DNA from: an uncultured cyanobacterium
GTDB lineage: Bacteria > Cyanobacteriota > Cyanobacteriia > PCC-9006 > JAAUQQ01
Assembly: GCA_963718615.1 (NCBI GenBank)
Contig: OY970368.1
Location: 2,464,001-2,528,000 of the forward strand
Direction: 5' to 3'
DNA: 64,000 bases
Positions 10,201-19,186 of the stretch are shown piece after piece (positions within the stretch are counted from its first letter, which is position 1; each line of letters begins with the position of its first letter). The position numbers and the translations under genes are program-made. The notes under the pieces were generated by a model, which worked only from the letters and a program-made list of their open reading frames with translations, made no database searches and was not told where the DNA came from.

Positions 10201-10922
10201 TTTTCAGCTTTAATCCGGTCCTTAGCCAAGCGCTGGAGCTGTTCTTCCAGTTCCCGCTCGACAATATGGCAGCGTTCCTCTCGATCCTTGACAGCCTCCA
10301 ATTTTTCCATGGCCTGACGGATCTTGCGATCGAACTGAGCCACCCCAGCCATTTCATCAATGATCTCCCGCCGTTCACGGGCATGCATTGAGATAATTCC
10401 GGTTACATCCCCCTGCAACACAATGTTGTAGCCTTCTGCATAAATCCGCAGTCGTCGGAGTTGGTCGTGGAGTTGGGTGAGCGTACAGGGTTCACTATTG
10501 ATGTAATAACTAGACGTGTAGGTCCCCTGGGGCGTCACGCGCAGTCGTCGGGTCACATTCCATTCCTCTAGACCCGGTTTGACCGCCACCTTGCGGAGAA
10601 ATTCATCGGTTTCGTCTTCAGGATCTGCCGGTAGTTCATCCTCGGCGGTCCAATCCGTTAAACAAAATGTTGCTGTGACGGTTGCTTCAACGGTTTGACG
10701 GCTGCGGGTGGCATAGGCTTGGTTGACCAAATCCGGCAGGCGATCGGCCCGCATACCCTTGGATGACGACAGGCCCAAGGCAAACATGAGGCCATCCAAA
10801 ATATTCGATTTCCCCGATCCATTTGGCCCTGTGACGACAGTAAAGCCTGTCAGCAAGGGAACATCCGCCGTGCCGCCAAAGGACTTGAAATGGGAAAGTT
10901 GGACGCGCTTAATGTAAACCAA
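7287..10922 (-). CDS. smc: Chromosome segregation protein SMC
   Basis: TGPNGSGKSN Walker A, hinge GRATFLPMNK, MSGGEKS signature, FDEVD Walker B, long coiled coils. Confidence 0.97.
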   Translation of the reverse strand: MVYIKRVQLSHFKSFGGTADVPLLTGFTVVTGPNGSGKSNILDGLMFALGLSSSKGMRADRLPDLVNQAYATRSRQTVEATVTATFCLTDWTAEDELPADPEDETDEFLRKVAVKPGLEEWNVTRRLRVTPQGTYTSSYYINSEPCTLTQLHDQLRRLRIYAEGYNIVLQGDVTGIISMHARERREIIDEMAGVAQFDRKIRQAMEKLEAVKDREERCHIVERELEEQLQRLAKDRIKAEKYKQLRQQLEAQQKWEAVLIWEEGKQQATKLTAAIAAADRQQTDLNQQIQSTGETITVTARTLDELNARVKALGEADLLKLQSDLATHQAEQRQLERQQRELEESNRKLLEQLSASQTEQEEYERHLRTLQQAQLPQQRSAIIDLQTQRNHAQAELENSRNAANAIATESQAWVQQQQALRQQIDQITQTLNPQRTEQAQLQERAQQLSTQLAEQEAELTRIEQELVAQRTKVEEGLKGRDRLAEQVGEAASAVAVTEQELKLQQETQTRLLREQREKQRQLDKLESMTQAIQETQGTQASRIIMQAGISGVCGIVAELGQVEPRYRLALETAVGGRLGFIVVEDDSVAAAGIELLKRQRGGRATFLPMNKIRPGKLAEIAAWQQPEGFIDHAVNLVTCDAAYRDIFSYLLGNTVVFQTINLARRNMGRYRIVTLEGDLLEASGAMTGGSVRHQSGGLSFGNAEASDSEEVQQLRSRLQEIERILSHCDRTIQGLSEKLRDRTQTLTQVRDQHRTQQFQSEQAQTLLSRLSQQQTQLQQAVEKNRVNQANATNRLQSLSGNLPEQDQQLQALRQQLAELEKSPLHSEWQQRQGLVQEREATLQQRELALRSAEQQLLELENQLQRLQERLGENQKKQQSLRQQQTEQLQLQGSLARQRDELLNRISQIQAELGVIEKKLGSEKEERDRTERLLREQQGQKQQLEWKLQKVQETQQEQRIQLQELEQTLTEQAAELPDPLPEIPEETRTEGVASLQHNLRLLAKRIQAMEPVNMLALEEYERTEQRLGDLREKLATLESERTELLLRIENFTTLRQRAFMEAYEAVNENFKEIFAGLSEGEGYLQLEDPENPLNGGLNLVAHPKGKAVRRLASMSGGEKSLTALSFIFALQRYRPSPFYAFDEVDSFLDGANVERLSQLIRQQSDQAQFIVVSHRRPMIEAAHRTIGVTQARGAYTQVLGISQEEPAPQPAG

Positions 10923-11082
10923 TGGGGACCGGGAAATTCAGTTGAGAAGGGGTCTGGGGTTGAGTGTAGAACAAATGTCGCGCTCTGCCCAGCGTTGGTA
11001 TAAAAAATGTCTGTTAGTTCTAGTGTCTGTGGGTGGAATATCTTTGAGCTCCAATAACCTTGAATTCCAATGACCTTGAGAT

Positions 11083-11904
11083 CTAGGGCTCAGTCGGCGT
11101 CACAATTCGGAAATTGCCATTCTCATCCGGTTCAATCCGTCCGCCGAGCGCCTCAATCCGCTGAATGGCAACGGCTTGGGTGCCTTTATCCAGGGCGGAA
11201 CTGAGGACCATGGACCAAGCGCTAATTTGGGCGGCGGTGCTGTTAGGATTTTGATCGAGGAACTGTGCCGTTTTCAGTGAAGTTGCCGCAACGGCTTGGC
11301 TTTCTGGATCCTCATAGGTGCTGGCCCAGGCTGCCGCTTGCCGAAAGGAGGCTTTTGCTGCCGCTGTATCTCCCAAAAAGAGCAATTCATCAACGGCTTT
11401 GTACCGCCAAATATAGTAGGCGCGATCGGGAATTTGGGGCGAGAGTTGAGGCAGATGCTGATTCATAATCGCGATGGTGCGCTCGGGCTGTCCTGCATAC
11501 ATTGAGGTGCTCCCGGACAAAAAGAAGTAGCCTTCTCTAAAATAGGGATCGCGATCAAGAATGATGTCAAAATAATCCGGACTCAGGGCATAACTGGTAC
11601 GTTCTCGGGCTTGGTCATCGCCAAAATATTGGAGAAATTTGAGAAAGACCCAGTCGCCATAGAGATTGCGAAATCCTAGATCTGGCAATTGTTTTAATAA
11701 CGCCAACTGCTGTTTTTCTTGCTCAACGGCTTGATCTAACGCCTCTTGGCTAACTTGATCGGCATTTTGGGTAAGCGATCGCAAGCGCACACCCTGCAAC
11801 GCCCCAATGAGCAGGGCAGCGGCGATCGCCAAGCCCCAGGCTCCTAGCCATCCCGGCCAAGTTTTCCCACCGCCAATGTTCTGACTGCTGTTCTGACTGA
11901 CCAT
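11083..11904 (-). CDS. Conserved cyanobacterial hypothetical protein with N-terminal TM anchor
   Basis: 273-aa ORF; TM segment followed by GFRNLYGDWVFLKFLQYFGD and a helical region. Confidence 0.75.
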   Translation of the reverse strand: MVSQNSSQNIGGGKTWPGWLGAWGLAIAAALLIGALQGVRLRSLTQNADQVSQEALDQAVEQEKQQLALLKQLPDLGFRNLYGDWVFLKFLQYFGDDQARERTSYALSPDYFDIILDRDPYFREGYFFLSGSTSMYAGQPERTIAIMNQHLPQLSPQIPDRAYYIWRYKAVDELLFLGDTAAAKASFRQAAAWASTYEDPESQAVAATSLKTAQFLDQNPNSTAAQISAWSMVLSSALDKGTQAVAIQRIEALGGRIEPDENGNFRIVTPTEP

Positions 11905-11908
11905 TGCG

Positions 11909-12487
11909 TTACGGATTGCCCCCTACAGCATTTTGATCTCGACGCGATCGCCCGCCTTGAGGCCCAACTCTGGCAGCCCGTCCGCCCCGCAATTCAATCA
12001 CCTGATCAACCCAGCCCCCTGGCCCATAGGTCGCGCAAGGCTCGCTGGTACAGGGCGGTACATCGGCTTCAATGCCGACAATTTTTCCTTGGTAAAGAAA
12101 CACCATATCTAGGGGAATAACGACATTTTTCATCCAAAACCGAACCGTACGGGCTGGATTAAACGAAAACAACATACCGCGATCATCCGGCAGATTTTCC
12201 CGATACATCAACCCTAGGGCTTGTTCTTCGGGCGATCGCGTCACCTCCAATTCAACGGTTTTACCCCCCAAGACCGTCATTGCGCCCACGGGCAGAGCCT
12301 GGGCAAAGCTGGAAGAGGCAGGTTTAGCAGAAGCAGGTGTTGATACCGTTGATTCTGGTGTCGTTACTCCTGACGTCGTAGACGGCGAGGTAGTGTTTGG
12401 AGCTTGGGCGTTGGTACATCCCATCAACAGCAGACCTAAGCCCATCAAGCTGATTAAGCCTAAACTTTTAACTTTCGCGAAGCACAT
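11909..12487 (-). CDS. DUF192 family lipoprotein (apparent +1 frameshift near the 3' end)
   Basis: Lipobox LLMGC, GLMYRENLPDDRGMLF, FWMKNVVIPLDMVF. The canonical tail ELGLKAGDRVEIKML* lies in another frame, ending at 11923. Confidence 0.88.
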   Translation of the reverse strand: MCFAKVKSLGLISLMGLGLLLMGCTNAQAPNTTSPSTTSGVTTPESTVSTPASAKPASSSFAQALPVGAMTVLGGKTVELEVTRSPEEQALGLMYRENLPDDRGMLFSFNPARTVRFWMKNVVIPLDMVFLYQGKIVGIEADVPPCTSEPCATYGPGGWVDQVIELRGGRAARVGPQGGRSRRDQNAVGGNP

Positions 12488-13157
12488 AGCCCACTCCCCG
12501 TACGGTTTGAATCAGACGTTTGCCGCCCGCTTCCTCTAGCTTGAGGCGCAGGTATCGAATATACACCTCGATGACATTGGACTCACCCAAAAAGTCATAG
12601 CCCCAAACGTTTTCTAAAATTTGCTCCCGCGCCAGCACTTCTCGGGGATGTTCCATCAGGTACTTCAGTAGCTCAAATTCCTTCATGGTGAGCTCAATCG
12701 GCTGATTGTCCCGCAGGGCGCGGCGGGTTGACAGATCGAGCGTTAGATCTTCAAAACGCAACTGCTCACGGGTTTGAGGCTCTGATTGGAGATAGAGGCG
12801 AATGCGACAGAGCAACTCTTCGCTGCGGTAGGGCTTGAGACAATAGTCATCGGCCCCCGCTTCCAAACAGGCCACCCGGTCTTCAACCCCATCCCGTGCC
12901 ATCAGCATTAAAACTGGGGCAACCAGCCCCAGTCGCCGCATTTGCTGACAGAGCTTGAGGCCCGAGTCGCCCCCTAACATGCGATCGATCATGACGAGAT
13001 CCGGGGGTTGCTGGCTGGCTAGCTGGAGCCCTCGCTGAAAGTCCTCGGCAAGGAGGGCTTCATAGCCAACATCGCTTAAATCTAAGCCAATTTGTTTGGC
13101 TAAAGCCATCTCAGTCTCAACGATCAAAACCCGTTGTTTTTCTCGCGGTCGATCCAT
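12468..13157 (-). CDS. nblR: OmpR-family response regulator NblR
   Basis: Receiver + winged helix; LTMKEFELLKYLMEHPREVL, ESNVIEVYIRYLRLKLE; NAD kinase-nblR-DUF192 synteny. Confidence 0.88.
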   Translation of the reverse strand: MDRPREKQRVLIVETEMALAKQIGLDLSDVGYEALLAEDFQRGLQLASQQPPDLVMIDRMLGGDSGLKLCQQMRRLGLVAPVLMLMARDGVEDRVACLEAGADDYCLKPYRSEELLCRIRLYLQSEPQTREQLRFEDLTLDLSTRRALRDNQPIELTMKEFELLKYLMEHPREVLAREQILENVWGYDFLGESNVIEVYIRYLRLKLEEAGGKRLIQTVRGVGYVLRES

Positions 13158-13188
13158 AGCGGTCTCCTGGGGCGAAGGAAGTCCTGCT

Positions 13189-14106
13189 TTAGGGTAATTC
13201 AACCGACGTCGGTTTTGCGATATGGGGAAGGCCCCACCCCAATTTCTCCCGTAGAATCCGGAAAAATTCAGGGGGTTCGAGACGGATAAAGCGAGCGGAA
13301 TAGGGCGATCGCTCCACCTGCACCCGATACTCGGGCAGAACAGAGCAGCCCGCATTGCCATCGACCACCATCACCATGGGGTCTGGGTTTGCCGGAAAAA
13401 TAGTTACCGGCTCTGTGTTGGCAAAGACCAGCGCCCGCGACGCTAGGGAATGGGGACACATGGGTACCAACTGGAGTACGGGGACTCCCGGTGTCACGAC
13501 TGGCCCCCCGGCACTGAGGGAATAGGCGGTTGAGCCAGTCGGGGTGGAGAGAATCACGCCGTCAGCAGCAATATCGACAGGGGCATGACGCCCGATTTGA
13601 ATCTCGAAATGACACATGCTGGTCAGGGGTTCGCGATGGAGAACCATTTCGTTCAGGCATAGAGCCTCCCAGCACACCCGCTCTCGATGCATCAAACGGA
13701 CAGTGAGCAACGTTCGCTGTTCCACCGAATATTGACCCTGAACGAGGGCTTCGATGGCTTGGGGCAGATTGTTCACATAGGTTTCAGTAATGAACCCCAT
13801 ATGGCCCGTGTTCACCGCCAAAATAGGAATCCCTGCCGGAGCCACTAGACGACAGGCCGACAGAACGGTCCCGTCTCCTCCGAGGACAATAACAAATTCC
13901 ATTTCGCCATCGACCCCTACAGGAACAAGGGAATCAATCGCTTGCCAAGCCGAGGCATCCTCAGGATGGACGTGGCCTAAAATCCCAGCACGACCATCCA
14001 GGATCAAGACGGTGTAGCCTTTGTGCTGGAAGTACGTTTCTAAATCCTTAGCAGCGCGACAGGCCACAGGCTTGCTGTCGTTATAGATGATACCGACCTT
14101 TGGCAC
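13189..14106 (-). CDS. nadK: NAD(+) kinase
   Basis: [40 protein letters not shown]. Confidence 0.95.
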   Translation of the reverse strand: MPKVGIIYNDSKPVACRAAKDLETYFQHKGYTVLILDGRAGILGHVHPEDASAWQAIDSLVPVGVDGEMEFVIVLGGDGTVLSACRLVAPAGIPILAVNTGHMGFITETYVNNLPQAIEALVQGQYSVEQRTLLTVRLMHRERVCWEALCLNEMVLHREPLTSMCHFEIQIGRHAPVDIAADGVILSTPTGSTAYSLSAGGPVVTPGVPVLQLVPMCPHSLASRALVFANTEPVTIFPANPDPMVMVVDGNAGCSVLPEYRVQVERSPYSARFIRLEPPEFFRILREKLGWGLPHIAKPTSVELP

Positions 14107-14221
14107 GTGGGTCCCTTGGCTCCCGAATGAAGATTAGACAGGGCCACTCATGAGGTGAGCGAAAAGTTAACGTGATTGTATCTCATTGCTTTTGGTACAA
14201 ATTGCTTTTGGAAAAAAGCCG

Positions 14222-15178
14222 CTAGAAGGGCAGCTTTTTCTTTTTATCCTTACGGCTGTCAAAGTTTAGTTCTTTGAGCTTTTTCATAATCCGACTAAAG
14301 TACTCTTCCAGGTATCCCTCTAGGGTCGAAGTTTCATTGGGATCCAGCCCAAAGGTCTCGTAGACCGAAGCCATGTCGGCATCTAGGGCTTTGCCTGTGG
14401 TAATCACATCGGTGAAGGCCAGTCGATCCGAAAGATTTTTTCCCCATTTGAAGAAACCCACCACTTTGCGGACAAACCGAACAGTCTCCGAGGGCATGCG
14501 CGCAATTTTGGCATCTTGACCAGCTAGACGCTCGCAGAGTCGGATAATTTCGTATCCTCCCCAAGCACGGGGACCCACGAGGGGAAAAGTTTGGTTTTCG
14601 GTGGCGGGAACAGCCAAGGCCCGGATGGTAAATTTGGCGATGTCTTGGGTGTCCATATAGGCGATCGGACTGGCTTCGCCGGTAACCCACACAGTCTGCC
14701 GCTCCAGTACAGGGATGGCGTATTGACTAATCAGCCCTTGCATAAAGGCGCTGAGGCGAAAAATGGTGTATTTTAGGCCAGACTCGGCCAGAAAGGCTTC
14801 GGTGCAGGCTTTGATATCCATCAAGGGCACTTGAGGATATTGATCGGCATCCAGAATCGAGAAAAAGATAAAGCGCTCAACCTTGGCTTCCGTAGCGGCT
14901 TTAATCAGGGCAACTTGGCCCTCCCAGTCTACCGCGCGAGCGGCTTCCGTGGGCCGAGCGGTAGCGGCGTCGATGACGACATTGATTCCTTCTAGGGCGT
15001 AAAACAAGGACTCGGCCTGAGTCAAATCCCCCCGCACCAGATCAGCCCCCCATTCTCGCAAAAAGGCGGCTTTCTTTGGACTCCTCACCAGACACCGAAC
15101 CTGGTGTCCCTCATCCAGGGCGCGACGGACGATTTGCCTTCCGAGAGTGCCGGTGGCTCCGACAACAAGAATAGTCAT
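14222..15178 (-). CDS. ycf39: Ycf39 atypical SDR/NmrA-like protein (PSII assembly)
   Basis: ILVVGATGTLGRQIVRRALDEG, FLREWGA, AYMDTQDIAKF, LEEYFSRIMKKL. Confidence 0.9.
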   Translation of the reverse strand: MTILVVGATGTLGRQIVRRALDEGHQVRCLVRSPKKAAFLREWGADLVRGDLTQAESLFYALEGINVVIDAATARPTEAARAVDWEGQVALIKAATEAKVERFIFFSILDADQYPQVPLMDIKACTEAFLAESGLKYTIFRLSAFMQGLISQYAIPVLERQTVWVTGEASPIAYMDTQDIAKFTIRALAVPATENQTFPLVGPRAWGGYEIIRLCERLAGQDAKIARMPSETVRFVRKVVGFFKWGKNLSDRLAFTDVITTGKALDADMASVYETFGLDPNETSTLEGYLEEYFSRIMKKLKELNFDSRKDKKKKLPF

Positions 15179-15770
15179 GAGGGAGGGTCAGAAAGAGTGA
15201 GTTTCGTAAACTTTTGTAATAGCTTATCAGAATTTGTTGATTTTCTCCGTCCTTCGCTGGTGCGATCGCCAATTTTTTGCGGCTTAAGGGCTACCTCAAT
15301 CACGGTGCTGATAAGGCAAGCAGCAAAGATTAAGCAATATGAATGATTGGTTTGGTTGGAGTCGAGCGGAAGTCTAGCTGAGACCTTCGTTTGGCTGTGA
15401 GCGCTCAAGAATCTTGATAGAACAGCGTAAAGGGAGGCAAAGACCCTTGCTTTGCCTCCCCTATTCTTGGTTTATGAGTCGGTAGTTGGGTGTTGATGGT
15501 TAGAACACGACTACGATTTACGCTTGGGTTAACGGTTGGATTTACTCTTTCTCGACGCCCTGAATTTTCAGCAGTGCAGCCCCCAAAAATAAGCCAATGG
15601 GGATGATGATCCAAAAGACGGCTGCGGTTCCAAAAATCTCTCCACCCATGGGGTTATCTTCCTCTTCTAATATTTTGAATTGAATGGGATGGGTTCAGGC
15701 GCGATCGCCCGCCACTAAAACCTTATTCTACGGCAGGGTGGTGTTTGTTGAGGTGTACAGGAGCAAAACC

Positions 15771-16637
15771 ATGGAACGAATCAAAGCGGTGATCTCGCCG
15801 GCGGAATTGCGAGAACAGTTGGGACAATCGCAGATTGTCGTGGTGGACTGTCGATTTGCGTTGGGGGATCCCGATTGGGGGCGATCGCAATACCTCCAGT
15901 CCCATATTCCGGGGGCTTACTATCTCGACCTTAATCAAGATTTAGCGGGTCCAGTTCAAGCCCATGGGGGACGTCATCCGTTGCCAGATTTAGCCCAATT
16001 TTCCCAAACCCTAGCGGAGATGGGGATTGGGCCTGAGACTTTGGTGGTGGCCTACGATGATTTTCGTTTTGCGTTTGCGGCGCGACTGTGGTGGCTATTG
16101 CGCTATGGGGGCCATGAACGGGTGACGGTGTTGGATGGCGGGTGGTTGGGCTGGCTGGCGGCTGATTATCCGACTGCGGCGGAGGTGCCAGAACGCTTGT
16201 CTGTGGGGGCGATCGCCTCTAACCCCCTTGAATTTCTCCAACCCAATGCAGTTCGTGAAGCGATGGTCGTCGATGTGACAACCGTTCAAGACCGCAAGGA
16301 TTTAGCCGAGGTTGTCCTGATCGATTCCCGTGCTCCTGAACGTTACCGAGGTGAACAGGAACCCATTGACCCGGTGGCAGGGCATATTCCGGGGGCGGTG
16401 AATTATTTTTGGCAGAGGGTCACTGACGAACAGGGTTGGGTCAGATCGGAGGCCGAGCTGCGCGAGCACTGGTCAAAGCTGCCGGAGGCCGAAGAGATTT
16501 TGGTGTACTGCGGTTCAGGGGTGACGGCCTGTGTCAATCTGTTGGCATTGGACCTGGCGGGGATTCACCACGGCAAGCTCTATCCCGGTAGCTGGAGCGA
16601 CTGGTGCTCCTACGGTCTGGAGTCTGCCACAGAATAA
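15771..16637 (+). CDS. sseA: Tandem-rhodanese sulfurtransferase (SseA-like)
   Basis: HIPGA twice, GRHPLP, ARLWWLL, VYCGSGVTAC, LYPGSWSDW. Confidence 0.92.
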   Translation: MERIKAVISPAELREQLGQSQIVVVDCRFALGDPDWGRSQYLQSHIPGAYYLDLNQDLAGPVQAHGGRHPLPDLAQFSQTLAEMGIGPETLVVAYDDFRFAFAARLWWLLRYGGHERVTVLDGGWLGWLAADYPTAAEVPERLSVGAIASNPLEFLQPNAVREAMVVDVTTVQDRKDLAEVVLIDSRAPERYRGEQEPIDPVAGHIPGAVNYFWQRVTDEQGWVRSEAELREHWSKLPEAEEILVYCGSGVTACVNLLALDLAGIHHGKLYPGSWSDWCSYGLESATE

Positions 16638-16990
16638 TGGACTGAATCAGAGGCCGAATCAGATAGGCTTGAGGCTCTGTGGTGGTTACTCTGGGTCTGA
16701 ACCCGCCATTGGCCTGTGGGGGGGCCGGGTCCATCGACGACTAAGCGCAATTCCAGCCCTGGCCACTGGCCGCGCTTCATGGCAGCGAGGGTTGCTCGGG
16801 CGGTGTCTGCCTTCATGGGGGGCAGCTCTTGCTCAATATCTTCCGCAGAACGCCATTGTCCATCCTTGAGCAAATGGGCAATATCCACGGCATTGCGGCA
16901 ACTGCGGAGCAGCGCCTCCCGATGGGCAAAGATGTCAGGCTGGCTCAGAAAGGGTGTCAGGGCCGTGATTCGGTCGAAAGTAGCTTTCAT
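16610..16990 (-). CDS. Hypothetical protein, possible winged helix
   Basis: 126-aa ORF just downstream of uvrB; pattern IAHLLKDGQWRSAEDIEQEL...TARATLAAM. Confidence 0.55.
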   Translation of the reverse strand: MKATFDRITALTPFLSQPDIFAHREALLRSCRNAVDIAHLLKDGQWRSAEDIEQELPPMKADTARATLAAMKRGQWPGLELRLVVDGPGPPTGQWRVQTQSNHHRASSLSDSASDSVHYSVADSRP

Positions 16991-17081
16991 GTGCCTAGTG
17001 TAGAAGACTGGTGTAACGGGATTGGTCGGCCAAGAGGTAGAAATTGGGGCGATCGCCTGCGTCGTTGAACGCCTTCATGCT

Positions 17082-19154
17082 CTAACGCTGACCGACTAGC
17101 TTTTGCCGAAGGTTTTTGATGCGATCGCGCAGTTCCCCCGCCCGTTCAAACTCCAGGGTCTTCGCAGCCTGCTGCATCTCGGACTCAAGCTGCTGAATCA
17201 GCTCTGGGATTTCGGTTAGCGGAATATCATCCGCTTGCTCATAGGCAATGTCAAGCTCTTGGGCATTGAGGCGACGAGAAACTTCCAAAAACGCCAAAAT
17301 CGAATTGCCCAGCTTTTTCTGAATGGGCTGGGGGGTGATGCCGTGTTTTTTGTTATACGCTATTTGAATGTCTCGCCGCCGCTGGGTTTCATCGATCGCC
17401 TTGATCATGCTATCGGTCATCCGATCGGCATAGAGAATCGCTTGGCCTTGAACGTGACGGGCAGCTCTACCAATGGTTTGAATGAGCGATCGCTCAGCCC
17501 GTAAAAATCCCTCTTTATCTGCATCTAAAATGGCAACGAGCGAAACCTCTGGTAAGTCTAATCCCTCTCGCAGCAGGTTGACGCCAATCAACACATCAAA
17601 TTCGCCTTCCCTTAAATCCCGGATAATTTCAATGCGTTCAATGGAGTTAATCTCAGAATGCATATACCGCACTTTTACCCCTCGTTCCAGAAGATATTCG
17701 GTTAAATCTTCTGCCATCCGTTTGGTTAATGTTGTGACCAGCGTTCGCTCCTGTTTGGCGGCTCGTGCTTGGATTTCGCTGAGCAAATCATCCACCTGTC
17801 CGTCGCTGGGGCGCACAAAGATTTCGGGATCAATCACCCCAGTGGGTCGAATCACCTGTTCAATGACGCGGCCTGTCCCCCGCTGATAAACTTTCTTTTC
17901 GGCATCTTCAAACAGGCCATCCGACTGCTCCAGTTCCCAGGCGCTGGGCGTAGCTGAAACAAAAATACATTGGTTGACCTTGTCCCAGAATTCCTCAGAT
18001 TTTAGAGGTCGATTGTCAGCTGCACTGGGTAATCGAAACCCATGGTCCACTAAGACTTTCTTGCGGGCTTGGTCGCCGTTGTACATTCCCCGCAGTTGAG
18101 GGACAGTGACATGGGATTCATCGACGACGAGGAGCCAATCCTCTGGAAAATAGTCAATTAAACATTCTGGGGGTTCCCCTGCCCCACGACCCGCGAGATG
18201 GCGAGAGTAGTTTTCCACACCGTTGCAATAGCCAACTTCTCGTAGCATTTCTAGGTCATATTTAGTGCGTTGTTCTAACCGCTGTGCCTCCAGCAACTTA
18301 TTTTCCTTTTGCAAAAACTCAAGCTGTGCTTCAAATTCTGCTTGAATCGCGTTGCAGGCTTCCTCTAGCCGATCCTCTGGGGTGACAAAGTGACGTGCGG
18401 GATAGACATTAAGCTGATCTAGGCTTTGCAGAATCTCACCACTGACTGGATCCACATAACGAATGGCATCCACTTCATCGCCAAAAAACTCAATGCGAAT
18501 AATTCGATCTTCGTAAGCCGGTCCAATTTCTAAAACATCCCCTTTGACGCGAAACTTACCTCGTCCGACATCGAGATCATTGCGGGTATATTGCACATTA
18601 ACTAAATCCCGAATGATCGAGCGTAAATCTACTTCCTGGCCCATGCGAAAGGGAATCGCAGCTTTGAGATATTCGGAAGGAATTCCAAGGCCATAGATGC
18701 AGCTAATGGATGCGACAACGATGACATCCTGGCGCTCGAAAAGCGATCGCGTGGCTGAATGTCGCAACATATCAATTTCTTCGTTAATCGAGGCCGTTTT
18801 TGCAATATAAGTGTCGCTAACAGGAATATAGGCTTCCGGTTGATAGTAGTCGTAGTAGGAAATGAAATATTCAACGGCGTTATTGGGGAAGAAATACCGA
18901 AGCTCATTGCAAAGCTGAGCGGCGAGGGTCTTATTGTGAGCCAAGACTAGGGTGGGTTTGCCGATGGTTTCAATCACATTGGCAACGGAAAAGGTTTTGC
19001 CTGTTCCCGTTGCACCCAGCAGGGTCTGATACTTCTCGCCTTTCCGGATGGACTGGATCAAGCCTTTGATCGCTTTTGGCTGATCTCCTGTGGGTTGGTA
19101 GTCAGACTGGATGGTGAAATCAGCTTTGGAGTCAGATTTTTTGGATCTCGGCAT
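17082..19154 (-). CDS. uvrB: Excinuclease ABC subunit B
   Basis: [45 protein letters not shown]-terminal UVR domain. Confidence 0.98.
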   Translation of the reverse strand: MPRSKKSDSKADFTIQSDYQPTGDQPKAIKGLIQSIRKGEKYQTLLGATGTGKTFSVANVIETIGKPTLVLAHNKTLAAQLCNELRYFFPNNAVEYFISYYDYYQPEAYIPVSDTYIAKTASINEEIDMLRHSATRSLFERQDVIVVASISCIYGLGIPSEYLKAAIPFRMGQEVDLRSIIRDLVNVQYTRNDLDVGRGKFRVKGDVLEIGPAYEDRIIRIEFFGDEVDAIRYVDPVSGEILQSLDQLNVYPARHFVTPEDRLEEACNAIQAEFEAQLEFLQKENKLLEAQRLEQRTKYDLEMLREVGYCNGVENYSRHLAGRGAGEPPECLIDYFPEDWLLVVDESHVTVPQLRGMYNGDQARKKVLVDHGFRLPSAADNRPLKSEEFWDKVNQCIFVSATPSAWELEQSDGLFEDAEKKVYQRGTGRVIEQVIRPTGVIDPEIFVRPSDGQVDDLLSEIQARAAKQERTLVTTLTKRMAEDLTEYLLERGVKVRYMHSEINSIERIEIIRDLREGEFDVLIGVNLLREGLDLPEVSLVAILDADKEGFLRAERSLIQTIGRAARHVQGQAILYADRMTDSMIKAIDETQRRRDIQIAYNKKHGITPQPIQKKLGNSILAFLEVSRRLNAQELDIAYEQADDIPLTEIPELIQQLESEMQQAAKTLEFERAGELRDRIKNLRQKLVGQR

Positions 19155-19186
19155 GGAAAACAGGGGCGAATGACGGCTGAGTCTAC

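Noticed and set aside
10968-10981. LexA-like half site AGAACAAATGT upstream of smc
   Set aside because: The second half lacks the GTAC core; too weak.
15180-15700. Expected petM or a small RNA upstream of ycf39
   Set aside because: No PetM-like hydrophobic peptide or recognisable RNA motif found on reading.
17870-17925. Short insertion in UvrB ([15 protein letters not shown]) as a possible intein remnant
   Set aside because: Only about 14 aa with no splicing residues; probably a surface loop.
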